This document shows positions 27,987 through 37,457 of a stretch of 64,000 nucleotides of DNA, in pieces (the first letter of the stretch is position 1; each line of letters starts with the position of its first letter). Origin of the DNA: a virus. The position numbers and the translations under genes were made by a program. The stretch is taken from the IMG/VR virus record IMGVR_UViG_3300028416_000501, positions 1 through 64,000 of that record; one strand, written 5' to 3'. The notes under the pieces are model-generated. The model made no database searches. It was not told the DNA's origin and saw only the letters and a program-made list of their open reading frames with translations.

Positions 27987-28262
27987 ATGGCTTATAGATC
28001 AACTATTGATTTAGTATCATCAAATGGTACTACATACGCATCAGCTGACGAGTTTGTTACAACTCACGGTCCATGTGGAACGGCAAACGAAGCATTTGTA
28101 ACTGACAGTTCAATTACATTGCTAGAAGACGGCAGTGGAGTACGTGTCGTAATGACTTACGAAGACGAAGCTACAGCAACTGCTCACAGAGCATCATCAG
28201 AAAATGCATATGATTCATTAGCAAACCTTACTAATACAGTAGTTTCAAACGAAACTGTATAA
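27987..28262 (+). CDS. 91-aa T/S/A-rich late protein
   Basis: AAGGAG SD; monocistronic between late promoter and hairpins. Confidence 0.7.
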   Translation: MAYRSTIDLVSSNGTTYASADEFVTTHGPCGTANEAFVTDSSITLLEDGSGVRVVMTYEDEATATAHRASSENAYDSLANLTNTVVSNETV

Positions 28263-28310
28263 GTTAATTTAGCATTGAAAAATGCACCCAACCGGTGGGA
28301 AAACAATATA

Positions 28311-28342
28311 GATACCACTTATTTTAACCAATAAGTGGTATC
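28311..28342. terminator. Perfect 13-bp inverted repeat (terminator or structured RNA)
   Basis: GATACCACTTATT-6nt-AATAAGTGGTATC. Confidence 0.65.
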
Positions 28343-28361
28343 AATTTACCAAATATTTATA

Positions 28362-28390
28362 TTGACAAAACATCAAATCTCATTTATAAT
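28362..28390 (+). promoter_or_regulatory. Consensus sigma70 promoter for the pepA/Fe-S operon
   Basis: TTGACA-17nt-TATAAT. Confidence 0.85.
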
Positions 28391-28421
28391 ATACAAAGTA
28401 ATTAAATAATAAGGAGATACT

Positions 28422-29771
28422 ATGGCTAAGGCACTTATAGTACTTGCAGGCAGTAAGCATGCAAACAAGCTAGGCAAAAATATTAAAGAAGCAACAAAGG
28501 ATATGACTGAAAAGTCTATTACTGTATCATTTGCACATGACGAATACGATTATATTACAGTAATCAAAGACGCACCAACAACACCACAAGAAGCACGTGA
28601 TTTGGGCGGAAATATGGTAAAGAAATACAAGTCAACAGTTGATGAAATTGTATTTGATGTTACTAGATTAAATGATGTTAAAGAAGGCGCAGCATTGGCG
28701 GCATACGAATTTAACAAATATAAAACAAAACCAAAAGAAAACAAACTACAAGTAGAACCTGCAGGCATTAGTACAAGTATTAATTTTGCTCGTGATTTAA
28801 TTACAGAGCCAGGTAACGCATTATATCCTGAGAAATATGCAGACCGTATTAATGAAACACTTACACCGCTTGGTGTTAAAGTGCGTGTAATTTATCAGCG
28901 TGAACTAGAACGCATCGGCATGGACATGTTGTTAAGCGTAGGACAAGGTAGTGAGAACAACAGTGCCGTTGTTATAATGGAACACTTGCATGGACCAGAA
29001 GGCGAACAACCAATTGCACTAGTAGGTAAAGGTGTTACATTTGACACAGGCGGTATTAGTTTAAAGCCAGGTCGTAACATGGGCGATATGAAATATGACA
29101 TGGGTGGCAGTGCCGCAGTTGTAGGAGCCATGCATGCTATTGCTGATAAAAAACTAAAGAAAAATGTTATTGGTATTGTAGGACTAGTAGAGAACATGCC
29201 AGACGGTAAAGCAATCAAGCCAGGCGATGTTGTTAGATCGCTAAGTGGACAATATGTTGAAAACTTAAACACAGATGCAGAAGGCAGACTTGTGCTAGGT
29301 GATATTTTAACATATGTACAAAGTGAATACAACCCAGGTGCTATTATTGATCTTGCTACACTAACAGGCGCCATTGTTGCAACACTAGGCAACGAAATGG
29401 CAGGACTGTTTACTAACAGTGATGGATTAGAAAAAGCAATTATTGAAAATGGTGAGCTAGGTGGAGAAGGTTTCTTCCGTATGCCAATGGGTAAGAACTG
29501 GGCTAAAATGATTGACAGTGAAATTGCAGACTTTCAAAACATTGGTGGACCATATGGCGGTTCAACTACTGCCGCAGAATTTCTATACAAATTTGTAAAT
29601 AAGAAAACAGCATGGGCACACTTAGACATCGCAGGTATGTGTTGGTCTAAAGGTGGGAATGCAACAACACCAAAAGGTGCAGTTGGATTTGGTGTTAAAA
29701 CACTGTTCAATATTGTAGACAACACAGATAGTTATCAGTGGTTTGCAGTTGAGGAAAAAATGTCTTACTAA
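28422..29771 (+). CDS. pepA: M17 leucyl aminopeptidase
   Basis: VGKGVTFDTGG, MKYDMGG, NTDAEGRL, WAHLDIAG. Confidence 0.95.
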   Translation: MAKALIVLAGSKHANKLGKNIKEATKDMTEKSITVSFAHDEYDYITVIKDAPTTPQEARDLGGNMVKKYKSTVDEIVFDVTRLNDVKEGAALAAYEFNKYKTKPKENKLQVEPAGISTSINFARDLITEPGNALYPEKYADRINETLTPLGVKVRVIYQRELERIGMDMLLSVGQGSENNSAVVIMEHLHGPEGEQPIALVGKGVTFDTGGISLKPGRNMGDMKYDMGGSAAVVGAMHAIADKKLKKNVIGIVGLVENMPDGKAIKPGDVVRSLSGQYVENLNTDAEGRLVLGDILTYVQSEYNPGAIIDLATLTGAIVATLGNEMAGLFTNSDGLEKAIIENGELGGEGFFRMPMGKNWAKMIDSEIADFQNIGGPYGGSTTAAEFLYKFVNKKTAWAHLDIAGMCWSKGGNATTPKGAVGFGVKTLFNIVDNTDSYQWFAVEEKMSY

Positions 29772-29772
29772 T

Positions 29773-30075
29773 ATGACAAAAGAAATTAAACAATCAATTA
29801 TTGATAATTTAAAAAACGTATATGATCCAGAAATCAGTATTAACGTATATGACTTAGGTTTAATATATGAAATAAATATAGTAAGTTCAAACGTTGTTAT
29901 TGTAATGACGTTAACAAGTGCGTTTTGCCCAATGGCAGACCAAATCAAACAAGACGTTCATGATGCAGTATGTAGTGTAAATGGAATAGATACATGTGAT
30001 ATTAATATTACATTTGAACCTCCATTTGGACCAGACATGATGAGCGAAGACGCAAAATTAATTTTAGGAGTATAA
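29773..30075 (+). CDS. DUF59/SufT Fe-S assembly protein
   Basis: [25 protein letters not shown]; start moved to 29773. Confidence 0.88.
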   Translation: MTKEIKQSIIDNLKNVYDPEISINVYDLGLIYEINIVSSNVVIVMTLTSAFCPMADQIKQDVHDAVCSVNGIDTCDINITFEPPFGPDMMSEDAKLILGV

Positions 30076-30076
30076 A

Positions 30077-30430
30077 GTGACATATTTAGTTAAAGACGAG
30101 TGTATCAAATGTAAACATATGGATTGCGTAGAAGTATGTCCTGTAGATTGTTTTTACGAAGGTGAAAATTTTCTAGTTATTAATCCAGACGAATGTATTG
30201 ACTGTGGCGTATGTGAACCAGAATGTCCAGTAGATGCTATTGTACCAGATAGTGCATTAGAGGGCGAGGAATACAATTTCTGGTATAAGTTTAATGCAGA
30301 CATGTCTGAGGAGTGGCCTAATATTACGCTCGCTCGGCCAGAAGATGTTCCGCCTGATGCGGAAGAATGGGCAAAAGTTAAAGATAAACGAGAACATTTA
30401 TCTTATAAGCCAGGAAAGGGCGATGAATAA
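30077..30430 (+). CDS. fdxA: 7Fe/8Fe ferredoxin
   Basis: [18 protein letters not shown] and [12 protein letters not shown]. Confidence 0.92.
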   Translation: MTYLVKDECIKCKHMDCVEVCPVDCFYEGENFLVINPDECIDCGVCEPECPVDAIVPDSALEGEEYNFWYKFNADMSEEWPNITLARPEDVPPDAEEWAKVKDKREHLSYKPGKGDE

Positions 30431-30599
30431 TATGTACGATATAATTTATACACCAAGAATCCACGATGAGTTTTCTGTTGCACGTTTCCATGCTGAAACA
30501 GACGCACAGGAATATTTAGAAAAAATCAAAGAGGTACGCCCGAAGGCATATCCATATCACCGTATTGAACTGGTGATAAACAAAGGAGAAACAGTATGA
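30423..30599 (+). CDS. Small hypothetical protein
   Basis: In-frame ATG 30423 overlapping the ferredoxin stop. Confidence 0.5.
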   Translation: MNNMYDIIYTPRIHDEFSVARFHAETDAQEYLEKIKEVRPKAYPYHRIELVINKGETV

Positions 30600-30748
30600 C
30601 ATTTTTAGTATGGCATTTACTAGCTATTGGAACAGTAATGGCATTGTCTTTTTTTGCTGGTTATAAGTTTGCTAAACGCAAAGAAGATAAAATTGAGCCT
30701 AGTATTCATATGATGGGTATTAAAAAAACGAGGTACAAATATGAGTAG
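30596..30748 (+). CDS. 50-aa single-TM protein
   Basis: [25 protein letters not shown]; AAGGAG SD; read by hand. Confidence 0.5.
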   Translation: MTFLVWHLLAIGTVMALSFFAGYKFAKRKEDKIEPSIHMMGIKKTRYKYE

Positions 30749-31058
30749 AACAAAAGAAGAAATACTTAAACAAGTAGATGAAGTAATGGAAGAATACATT
30801 GCACCTAACGTAGCAATGCATGGCGGACAAATAAACATTTTAAGCTTCGCCGAAGACACTGGTATACTACATACACAAATGAGTGGAAGTTGTAGCGGAT
30901 GTGCTAGTAGTACAGAAACACTTAAAATGGGTGTTGAAAGCACACTGATGCATTTTATTGAAGAAATTAAAGGTGTAACAAGTGAAGACGATCCAATGTT
31001 CAGCGATCCATATTATATGAGTGATCCAGGAATGATGGATTTTCCACCAGATGAGTGA
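30741..31058 (+). CDS. NifU C-terminal (Nfu) Fe-S carrier
   Basis: IAPNVAMHGG, GSCSGCASSTETLKMGVE. Confidence 0.9.
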   Translation: MSRTKEEILKQVDEVMEEYIAPNVAMHGGQINILSFAEDTGILHTQMSGSCSGCASSTETLKMGVESTLMHFIEEIKGVTSEDDPMFSDPYYMSDPGMMDFPPDE

Positions 31059-31965
31059 TAAACCTAGAATAGCAATATGTGTTAGTGGACAGACTAGACA
31101 CTTTAATGAAAACCCACAATACATAGATGATCTTAATTCTATATTAGAATTATTTGATGAGTTTGAGTATGACTTATATGGACATACTTGGGCAGATCAA
31201 GAAGATCCAAAACAAGAAGTGTTAGATAGATTTACTGCATATGAAAGCGAAGATCAGAGAATAATATGGGATGAAATTATAAATCTAATGTATGTTGATT
31301 CTAGTCAAACACCTGCAAAGTATCATCAGTTTTTTCAAATAGATGATGATTGGAAACATAAAAAAGAGTTTATGGATATGTTACATGGTAAATCAGATCA
31401 AAACTACTTAGAATTTTGCAAGGAAAGAATTAACGGAACAATCGGACAAGTATGGTCAGCACATAGATCTTTTCAACTTATGATTCCTCATATGAAGACA
31501 AAAAGTTACCAAGCAGTTGTGAGATTAAGATGGGATTTAATGATTAAAAATTATCATGGTGAAGAATTCATGTCAAAACAAAGACAACGTTTTAAAGATA
31601 TAATACACGATTGGTATAACAACCAACATGATTTTGAACATGCACATATAAAGCCTGATATTTTGTGTGCAGATGATTGTATCTTTGAATTGAGACAAGA
31701 TCCATATGCAAATGACCAAGTATTTGTTGTTAACTTTCTTTCTTTTTTAAATTCAAAAATACTTACAACTAAACCAATTAAGTATTTAGAAGACATGATA
31801 AAATATTATTCAGATGGAATGGCCGCATATTGTCTACCTTCTGCTCATACATTATGGATGCAATGGTGGTTAGAATCTGAGATGAAAATATCACCTAAAT
31901 TGCCAAACATGTTTCAAGCAAATGGAAGAGACGTATACAAAGTTAACAAGGATTGGAATATATGA
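31051..31965 (+). CDS. Glycosyltransferase-like hypothetical protein
   Basis: RIAICVSGQTR, YGHTW, VVRLRWDL, NDQVF. Confidence 0.5.
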   Translation: MSDKPRIAICVSGQTRHFNENPQYIDDLNSILELFDEFEYDLYGHTWADQEDPKQEVLDRFTAYESEDQRIIWDEIINLMYVDSSQTPAKYHQFFQIDDDWKHKKEFMDMLHGKSDQNYLEFCKERINGTIGQVWSAHRSFQLMIPHMKTKSYQAVVRLRWDLMIKNYHGEEFMSKQRQRFKDIIHDWYNNQHDFEHAHIKPDILCADDCIFELRQDPYANDQVFVVNFLSFLNSKILTTKPIKYLEDMIKYYSDGMAAYCLPSAHTLWMQWWLESEMKISPKLPNMFQANGRDVYKVNKDWNI

Positions 31966-32477
31966 ATATAAAAGAATATATTAGAACTGTACCAGATTAT
32001 CCTATAGAAGGTGTAAATTTCTATGACGTAAACAGTTTGTTTGCTAGTGACTTATGGACAAGCGAAGTAGAGGATATAGGAAAACGAATACAAGACAGTG
32101 TTGAGTTTATGCCAACACATATTGTTGGTATTGAAAGCAGAGGGTTTGTACTAGGTGCAGCACTATCACAAGAATTAGATATACCCTTTGTTATGATACG
32201 GAAAAAAGGGGCTAAATACCCAGGTAAGTTGTTAGAAGAAAGTTATGAACTAGAGTATGGAACAGATACACTCACACTACAAGAGGGTATATTAGGTCAT
32301 ACAAGCAGAGTTCTTATAGCAGACGACTTAGTAGCAACAGGTGGTAGTATGAACGCTAGTAAACGTTTATGTGAACAAGCTGGTGCGTTAGTATTGGGTG
32401 GTGTTACTATAGTAAACCTAAAATACTTGAACGATGGAGAGCTTGAGCTCTTATCCTCAGTGGAGATAGAAGAATGA
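31962..32477 (+). CDS. apt: Adenine phosphoribosyltransferase
   Basis: IRTVPDYP, GIESRGF, YELEYG, LIADDLVATGGS. Confidence 0.92.
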   Translation: MNIKEYIRTVPDYPIEGVNFYDVNSLFASDLWTSEVEDIGKRIQDSVEFMPTHIVGIESRGFVLGAALSQELDIPFVMIRKKGAKYPGKLLEESYELEYGTDTLTLQEGILGHTSRVLIADDLVATGGSMNASKRLCEQAGALVLGGVTIVNLKYLNDGELELLSSVEIEE

Positions 32478-32872
32478 TTAAAGTAACCGAAAAAGCGGCA
32501 AATCATTTAAAAGGAATTAGTGACTCTAACGATAACAAAATTCCTGTACTAGGATTGCGTGGCGGCGGCTGTGCAGGTTTTAGTTACGAATGGAAATTAA
32601 AAGAAGAATCAGAACTTGACAATAAGGCAGATCATGTTATACTTATGGATAACGGATGCAAAATGGCAGTAGACAGTTCAAGTATTATGTTCCTAGTAGG
32701 AACAACATTAGAGTTGAAACAAGATCTAATGGGAACAATGTTAGAAGTTGTTAATCCGTCAGCTGCAAGTAGTTGTGGATGTGGAGAAAGCATTAACTTC
32801 GACATGGAAAAAGTAGAAGCAAATCAAAACGCATTCAAGTTACCAGAAGTAACTGATGCAACTAAAAATTAA
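32474..32872 (+). CDS. A-type Fe-S carrier (IscA/ErpA/HesB)
   Basis: GGGCAGFSY, NP...SCGCGES. Confidence 0.92.
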   Translation: MIKVTEKAANHLKGISDSNDNKIPVLGLRGGGCAGFSYEWKLKEESELDNKADHVILMDNGCKMAVDSSSIMFLVGTTLELKQDLMGTMLEVVNPSAASSCGCGESINFDMEKVEANQNAFKLPEVTDATKN

Positions 32873-32885
32873 TTAAGGAAATAAA

Positions 32886-33308
32886 ATGACCAAGCAGATC
32901 GATCTAAACAAATACAAAGATTTCGTACGAGAAGTAACCAGTGGTGAATCATTATCAAGTATGCAGATGTATAATCGCATTGTTGACATTGAAACAACTG
33001 AAAGCAAAATGGGTGTAAATATGTCATTGCTAATGACTGGTGCTATTGGCATTAGTGCAGAAGGTGGCGAGTTTATGGAAATCGTAAAGAAGTGTGTATT
33101 CCAAGGTAAACCAATGGACGAAGCAACACAGTTTCATGCAATGCGTGAGCTTGGTGATATTATGTGGTACTGGATGAATAGTTGTACTGCATTGGGCATT
33201 GACCCTAACGATGTAATTGCAGAAAATGTAAACAAATTAGAAAAGCGTTATCCAGGTGGATCGTTTGATGCATTTTATAGTGAAAATAGGCAAGATGGCG
33301 ATTTATGA
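32886..33308 (+). CDS. MazG-like NTP pyrophosphohydrolase
   Basis: AEGGEFMEIVKK...ELGDIMWY...NVNKLEKRYP. Confidence 0.85.
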   Translation: MTKQIDLNKYKDFVREVTSGESLSSMQMYNRIVDIETTESKMGVNMSLLMTGAIGISAEGGEFMEIVKKCVFQGKPMDEATQFHAMRELGDIMWYWMNSCTALGIDPNDVIAENVNKLEKRYPGGSFDAFYSENRQDGDL

Positions 33309-33604
33309 TTGACTATCAAGGTAAGCCATTAGAAGAGTTAAACATGGGCGAAACAATTGAATTTGAAAAGCAAATGCTTAAAAAATTGTTAGCGGCAAGT
33401 AAAGCTCAAATGGGTGAGGGCCTTGTAGATCAAATTAACTTGTTTGTTGAATTAATAAGAGATCATAAGAGACAAATCTCACAAACAGCAATAGCCAAGC
33501 AAGGCGAAAAGGAAGATGGAACAGTACTAGAAATAGGAGAAATTCCACTTCCACCAAAAACAGAATCAATTGAAGAATTACTTGACTTTTACAAGAAAAA
33601 GTAA
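33305..33604 (+). CDS. Hypothetical protein
   Basis: ATGA overlap, 99 aa. Confidence 0.55.
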   Translation: MIDYQGKPLEELNMGETIEFEKQMLKKLLAASKAQMGEGLVDQINLFVELIRDHKRQISQTAIAKQGEKEDGTVLEIGEIPLPPKTESIEELLDFYKKK

Positions 33605-33610
33605 TATAAT
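33582..33610 (+). promoter_or_regulatory. Sigma70-type promoter
   Basis: TTGACT-17nt-TATAAT ending 6 nt before ATG 33617. Confidence 0.6.
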
Positions 33611-33616
33611 AGTGGG

Positions 33617-34123
33617 ATGTATATGAATAAAAATAAGCAATACGTTGTTTCTGAGCAAGATATCGTCAATGGTTGGTTAAGTGGTAATACATTTGATTCA
33701 GTAATCATGGACGATACAAAACCCATAAATATATATAACGAATGGTGTCAAACATTTGACTTAGATAAGTTTATTGATGCTAAAACGGAAAACACAACTG
33801 ATACATATGTAGAAGATTGTTTACGTAAATGGAATATGCCAGACGAGTATATGAATATAAATATACAAGAATGGTTAATGGAGCGTTGCACAAATGCACA
33901 ACAACGTGACAGAGTATATACTGAACTTCTCGAATACGAAAAGCGTGGTATGATAATTGTGCTTAAATTTTTACTACACTTGGTACACACATGTGAACAA
34001 CATGATATTGTGTTAGGGGTAGGCAGAGGCAGTAGTGTAGCTAGTTACTGTCTGTATTTACTGGGTATACATCATATAGACAGTATTAAATACGAACTTG
34101 ATATCAAGGAGTTTTTAAAATGA
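33617..34123 (+). CDS. Stand-alone fragment of DNA polymerase III alpha (DnaE-like)
   Basis: RVYTEL...GVGRGSSVASYCLYLLGIHHIDSIKYEL..EFL; ends before the PDID catalytic motif. Confidence 0.8.
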   Translation: MYMNKNKQYVVSEQDIVNGWLSGNTFDSVIMDDTKPINIYNEWCQTFDLDKFIDAKTENTTDTYVEDCLRKWNMPDEYMNINIQEWLMERCTNAQQRDRVYTELLEYEKRGMIIVLKFLLHLVHTCEQHDIVLGVGRGSSVASYCLYLLGIHHIDSIKYELDIKEFLK

Positions 34124-34509
34124 AAACAGTTAAAACAGCTAGAGGCCGCACAATAGACATGGGTGCTTTAGCGGAAAAAAATGAAAAGACTAGAGCCGTA
34201 AGTAATCTAAATATGAACGGTAGAGGTGACATCATTGACAATAGAGGAAATGTAGAAATTCCAAGAGAAGAAATACAGAAAAAATTCTATAAAAATAATG
34301 TACCTGGTGCAGATACTGAAACAGTTAGTATTAAAGCAGAAGAAACAAAAACAGAAGAGAAAACTGTTGTTGAAGAACCTAAAGCACCTACTAAAAAACA
34401 AAAAGATGAAGTAACAGAAGTAAACAAAACTGCTAGAACTAGAGACGATGGAACACAATATTTTGAAGTCGAGTATAGTGATGGTAGTATGCAAGATATA
34501 GATATCTAA
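34120..34509 (+). CDS. Hypothetical phage protein (KTARGRTIDMGAL...NMNGRGDII)
   Basis: ATGA overlap; precedes groES. Confidence 0.65.
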   Translation: MKTVKTARGRTIDMGALAEKNEKTRAVSNLNMNGRGDIIDNRGNVEIPREEIQKKFYKNNVPGADTETVSIKAEETKTEEKTVVEEPKAPTKKQKDEVTEVNKTARTRDDGTQYFEVEYSDGSMQDIDI

Positions 34510-34521
34510 CACGGAGGTAAC

Positions 34522-34902
34522 ATGGCTAGAAAAATAAAAGCAATGCGAGATAAAATCTTAGCAGAGATGATTGAAAAAATCGGCGAAGAAAAAACAACTG
34601 CTGGTGGAATTATTCTCACTGAAAAAGATGGAACAGAAGATGCAATTAAGCCACGCTGGTTTAAGGTGTATAGCATCGGAGAAGGCATTGAATGGATTGA
34701 GGAAGGCGCATATGTGCTAGTCGCACATGGACGTTGGAGCAGAGGTATGAAGGTTGACGAAGATCTTACAGTTCATTTGCTAGACAATAAAGATTGTTTA
34801 ATGGTTACTGATAAAGATCCAACAAACGATCCAAACTTTAGGGCATTACCTAAAGCAATACCAAAGCGTCCGTCTAACGATATGACTAGACACACATTAT
34901 AA
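34522..34902 (+). CDS. groES: GroES-like co-chaperonin
   Basis: IKAMRDKIL, EKTTAGGIIL mobile loop, VYSIGEG. Confidence 0.8.
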   Translation: MARKIKAMRDKILAEMIEKIGEEKTTAGGIILTEKDGTEDAIKPRWFKVYSIGEGIEWIEEGAYVLVAHGRWSRGMKVDEDLTVHLLDNKDCLMVTDKDPTNDPNFRALPKAIPKRPSNDMTRHTL

Positions 34903-34923
34903 TTTAAAAGGAAATTCAAAATA

Positions 34924-35562
34924 ATGAATATTGAGAAACTACAACAAGCCATTGGTGCAATGGGCCAGGCTTTAGAAGAAAAAGGTGCAGCAAGTCCACA
35001 ACCAACCGGACCATCCAAACCACCAGGACAAGTATTATATGAATCAGGTATTTATTATTTCGCTGATGGCTTTACATATGAATCAACAAAGCCAGTAGTA
35101 AACTGGATTATTGAGAAAAACTTACTGCCAGACAGTGAGCGTCCTAAGGAACTTACACTTATTATTAATAGCCCAGGTGGTAGCGTACACGCCGCATTTG
35201 GTCTTATTGATGTAATGAAAGGTTCTGCATTGCCTATTAAAACTGTAGGCTTAGGAATGATTGCATCATGTGGTGTACTTACATTTATGGCAGGTACTAA
35301 AGGCAAGCGTGTGTTAACAAACAATACAAGTATTTTGTCACATCAATATTCATGGGGTTCAGGCGGTAAAGAACACGAACTATTTGCTCGTGTTAAAGAG
35401 TTTGAATTATCATCAGCTCGTATGCTAGAACATTATAAAAAATGTACTGGATTATCTGAAAAGAAGATCCGTGAAATATTACTACCAGCAGAAGATGTTT
35501 GGCTAACTGCCGAAGAAGCCGTCAAGCACGGAATTGCGGATGCTATTGTAGACACTTACTAA
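34924..35562 (+). CDS. clpP: ClpP-like protease subunit
   Basis: IINSPGGSV, GMIASCG (catalytic Ser), SHQ (His), DVWLTAEEAVKHGIAD. Confidence 0.88.
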   Translation: MNIEKLQQAIGAMGQALEEKGAASPQPTGPSKPPGQVLYESGIYYFADGFTYESTKPVVNWIIEKNLLPDSERPKELTLIINSPGGSVHAAFGLIDVMKGSALPIKTVGLGMIASCGVLTFMAGTKGKRVLTNNTSILSHQYSWGSGGKEHELFARVKEFELSSARMLEHYKKCTGLSEKKIREILLPAEDVWLTAEEAVKHGIADAIVDTY

Positions 35563-35954
35563 TGTACGAAGGTCTAATACAGCAAATGCCTGTACAACTT
35601 TTAGACCAATGGAAAAATCCTACACCTAGTCCAAACAATGATTTGGAACTTATAGAAGATATAATGCAAAATGGCATACAAGATCCTATAATACTAGGTG
35701 TAGGAGTTTACAGTAGACAAGTAAGACTAGACACAGGCAACCACAGAATATACTTATTACCTAAATTAGGTATGACCCACTTACCCGTAGTAGCAAGAGT
35801 ATGGAACTATTGTACATTTAGCAATGGCAACGGTGATCATAGTTTTATCTGCCCAGATATTTCAGTCAAAAAACAATGGTTAGAAGAAGAATACTATGCT
35901 AAACCTAGTGATGTATTAGATATAATGTCATTGCTAATGAAGGTAAAACTATAG
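35562..35954 (+). CDS. ParB/Srx-like domain protein
   Basis: IMQNGIQDPII...LDTGNHRI; start moved to 35562. Confidence 0.6.
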   Translation: MYEGLIQQMPVQLLDQWKNPTPSPNNDLELIEDIMQNGIQDPIILGVGVYSRQVRLDTGNHRIYLLPKLGMTHLPVVARVWNYCTFSNGNGDHSFICPDISVKKQWLEEEYYAKPSDVLDIMSLLMKVKL

Positions 35955-35963
35955 ACATTTCTA

Positions 35964-35992
35964 TTGACAAATTAATCAAAATATAGTATTAT
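35964..35992 (+). promoter_or_regulatory. Sigma70-type promoter
   Basis: TTGACA-17nt-TATTAT, intergenic before prs. Confidence 0.7.
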
Positions 35993-36026
35993 ATAATAAT
36001 AAACTTTAACTGAGAATGGACTCTGA

Positions 36027-36992
36027 ATGCATATGAAAATTATAGCTGGAAATAGTAACACTGAAATGGCCGAGAAAATCGCCGCTCATTGTTTTGCTAC
36101 TCTAGTGCCTGCCGAGATTAAGACTTTTGCGGATGGTGAGAGTAGTGTAGAATTTTTAGAAAATATCCGTGGTGAAGATGTTTTTATTATACAAAGTACA
36201 AGTACACCAGTAAACGATAACCTAATGGAATTAATGATTATGATTGATGCGGCTAAGCGTAGCAGTGCCAAACGTATTACAGCAGTTATTCCTTATTTTG
36301 GTTATGCACGGCAAGATCGTAAAAGTGCAAGCCGTACACCAATTACTGCTAAATTAGTGGCAAACTTAATTACAGAAGCTGGTGCTGATAGAATCCTTAC
36401 AATGGATTTACATGCAGGACAAATACAGGGCTTCTTTGATATTCCGGTAGATGACTTAACAAGCAGAATTGCATTTGCAAAAGATATTAAAAAACAATTC
36501 TACAAAGAAGGACAAGATGTACATGATGTAGAAACTGTTTTTGTATCACCAGATGCAGGTGGTACTGTAAGAGCAAGGCGTTTTGCTGATATGTTTGGCG
36601 GAGACATTGCTATTGTAGACAAGCGTAGACCTAAAGCAGGTGTAAGTGAAGTAATGAATATAATTGGTGAAGTTAAAGGTTGTCATGCTATTTTAGTTGA
36701 CGATATTGTTGACAGTGGCGGAACATTGTGTAATGCCGCAAAAGCAATTATGGATGCTGGTGCATTAAGTGTTAGAGCATATATTACACATGGAGTATTA
36801 ACTGGCAAGGCATGTCAGAAAGTTGAAGACAGTGTATTAGAAGAACTAGTGATCACAGACAGTATTAAATTTAATTGTCCAGCAGGTCATAAAAAGACTC
36901 GTGCAGTAAGTGTATCAACTATGTTTGGTGAAGCTATTAGGCGTGTATCAAACGAAGAAAGTGTAAGCAGTTTGTTTGCACATAAGATTTAA
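36027..36992 (+). CDS. prs: Ribose-phosphate pyrophosphokinase (PRPP synthetase)
   Basis: [39 protein letters not shown]. Confidence 0.97.
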   Translation: MHMKIIAGNSNTEMAEKIAAHCFATLVPAEIKTFADGESSVEFLENIRGEDVFIIQSTSTPVNDNLMELMIMIDAAKRSSAKRITAVIPYFGYARQDRKSASRTPITAKLVANLITEAGADRILTMDLHAGQIQGFFDIPVDDLTSRIAFAKDIKKQFYKEGQDVHDVETVFVSPDAGGTVRARRFADMFGGDIAIVDKRRPKAGVSEVMNIIGEVKGCHAILVDDIVDSGGTLCNAAKAIMDAGALSVRAYITHGVLTGKACQKVEDSVLEELVITDSIKFNCPAGHKKTRAVSVSTMFGEAIRRVSNEESVSSLFAHKI

Positions 36993-37003
36993 GGGGAAGT
37001 TAT

Positions 37004-37225
37004 ATGGAATTATTATTTAGCGTATTATGTATTTTAAGTATGATGCTATTATGGTTTATTATCGTAATGCTAGTTGCTAAAAAGACAGTAGGTAAGGATG
37101 CTAAAACATGGCAAATATTCTTATTTTTATTTATTGCAGGACCGATAGGTTGGTCAGTAGTTGTAATTATGGCTATGATGGAACTTATAGATAGAGTATT
37201 TCCAAATTTATTTAGAGGAAAATAA
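37004..37225 (+). CDS. Small two-TM membrane protein
   Basis: Hydrophobic 73 aa, GGGG SD. Confidence 0.55.
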   Translation: MELLFSVLCILSMMLLWFIIVMLVAKKTVGKDAKTWQIFLFLFIAGPIGWSVVVIMAMMELIDRVFPNLFRGK

Positions 37226-37226
37226 A

Positions 37227-37457
37227 ATGGCAACTGGACGTAAAGGTAAACAAGCTAACAAACTACAAGCAGTGTTTAACAAACAAGAAAAAGTAAGTTT
37301 TAAAAAAGAAAATCGTCGTAGTGAAATTGTAGAAGAAATTCACTACGTAGTTAAGATGTACATAGGCGACGAGCTGGCTGAGGAAAGACCGATGTATGGT
37401 AAAAGCAAACGCTATGCAGAAGATTGTGCTGAGAATTGGGATAGTGGCATTATTTAA
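37227..37457 (+). CDS. Small hypothetical phage protein (KSKRYAEDCAENW)
   Basis: GAGG SD; compact ORF. Confidence 0.6.
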   Translation: MATGRKGKQANKLQAVFNKQEKVSFKKENRRSEIVEEIHYVVKMYIGDELAEERPMYGKSKRYAEDCAENWDSGII

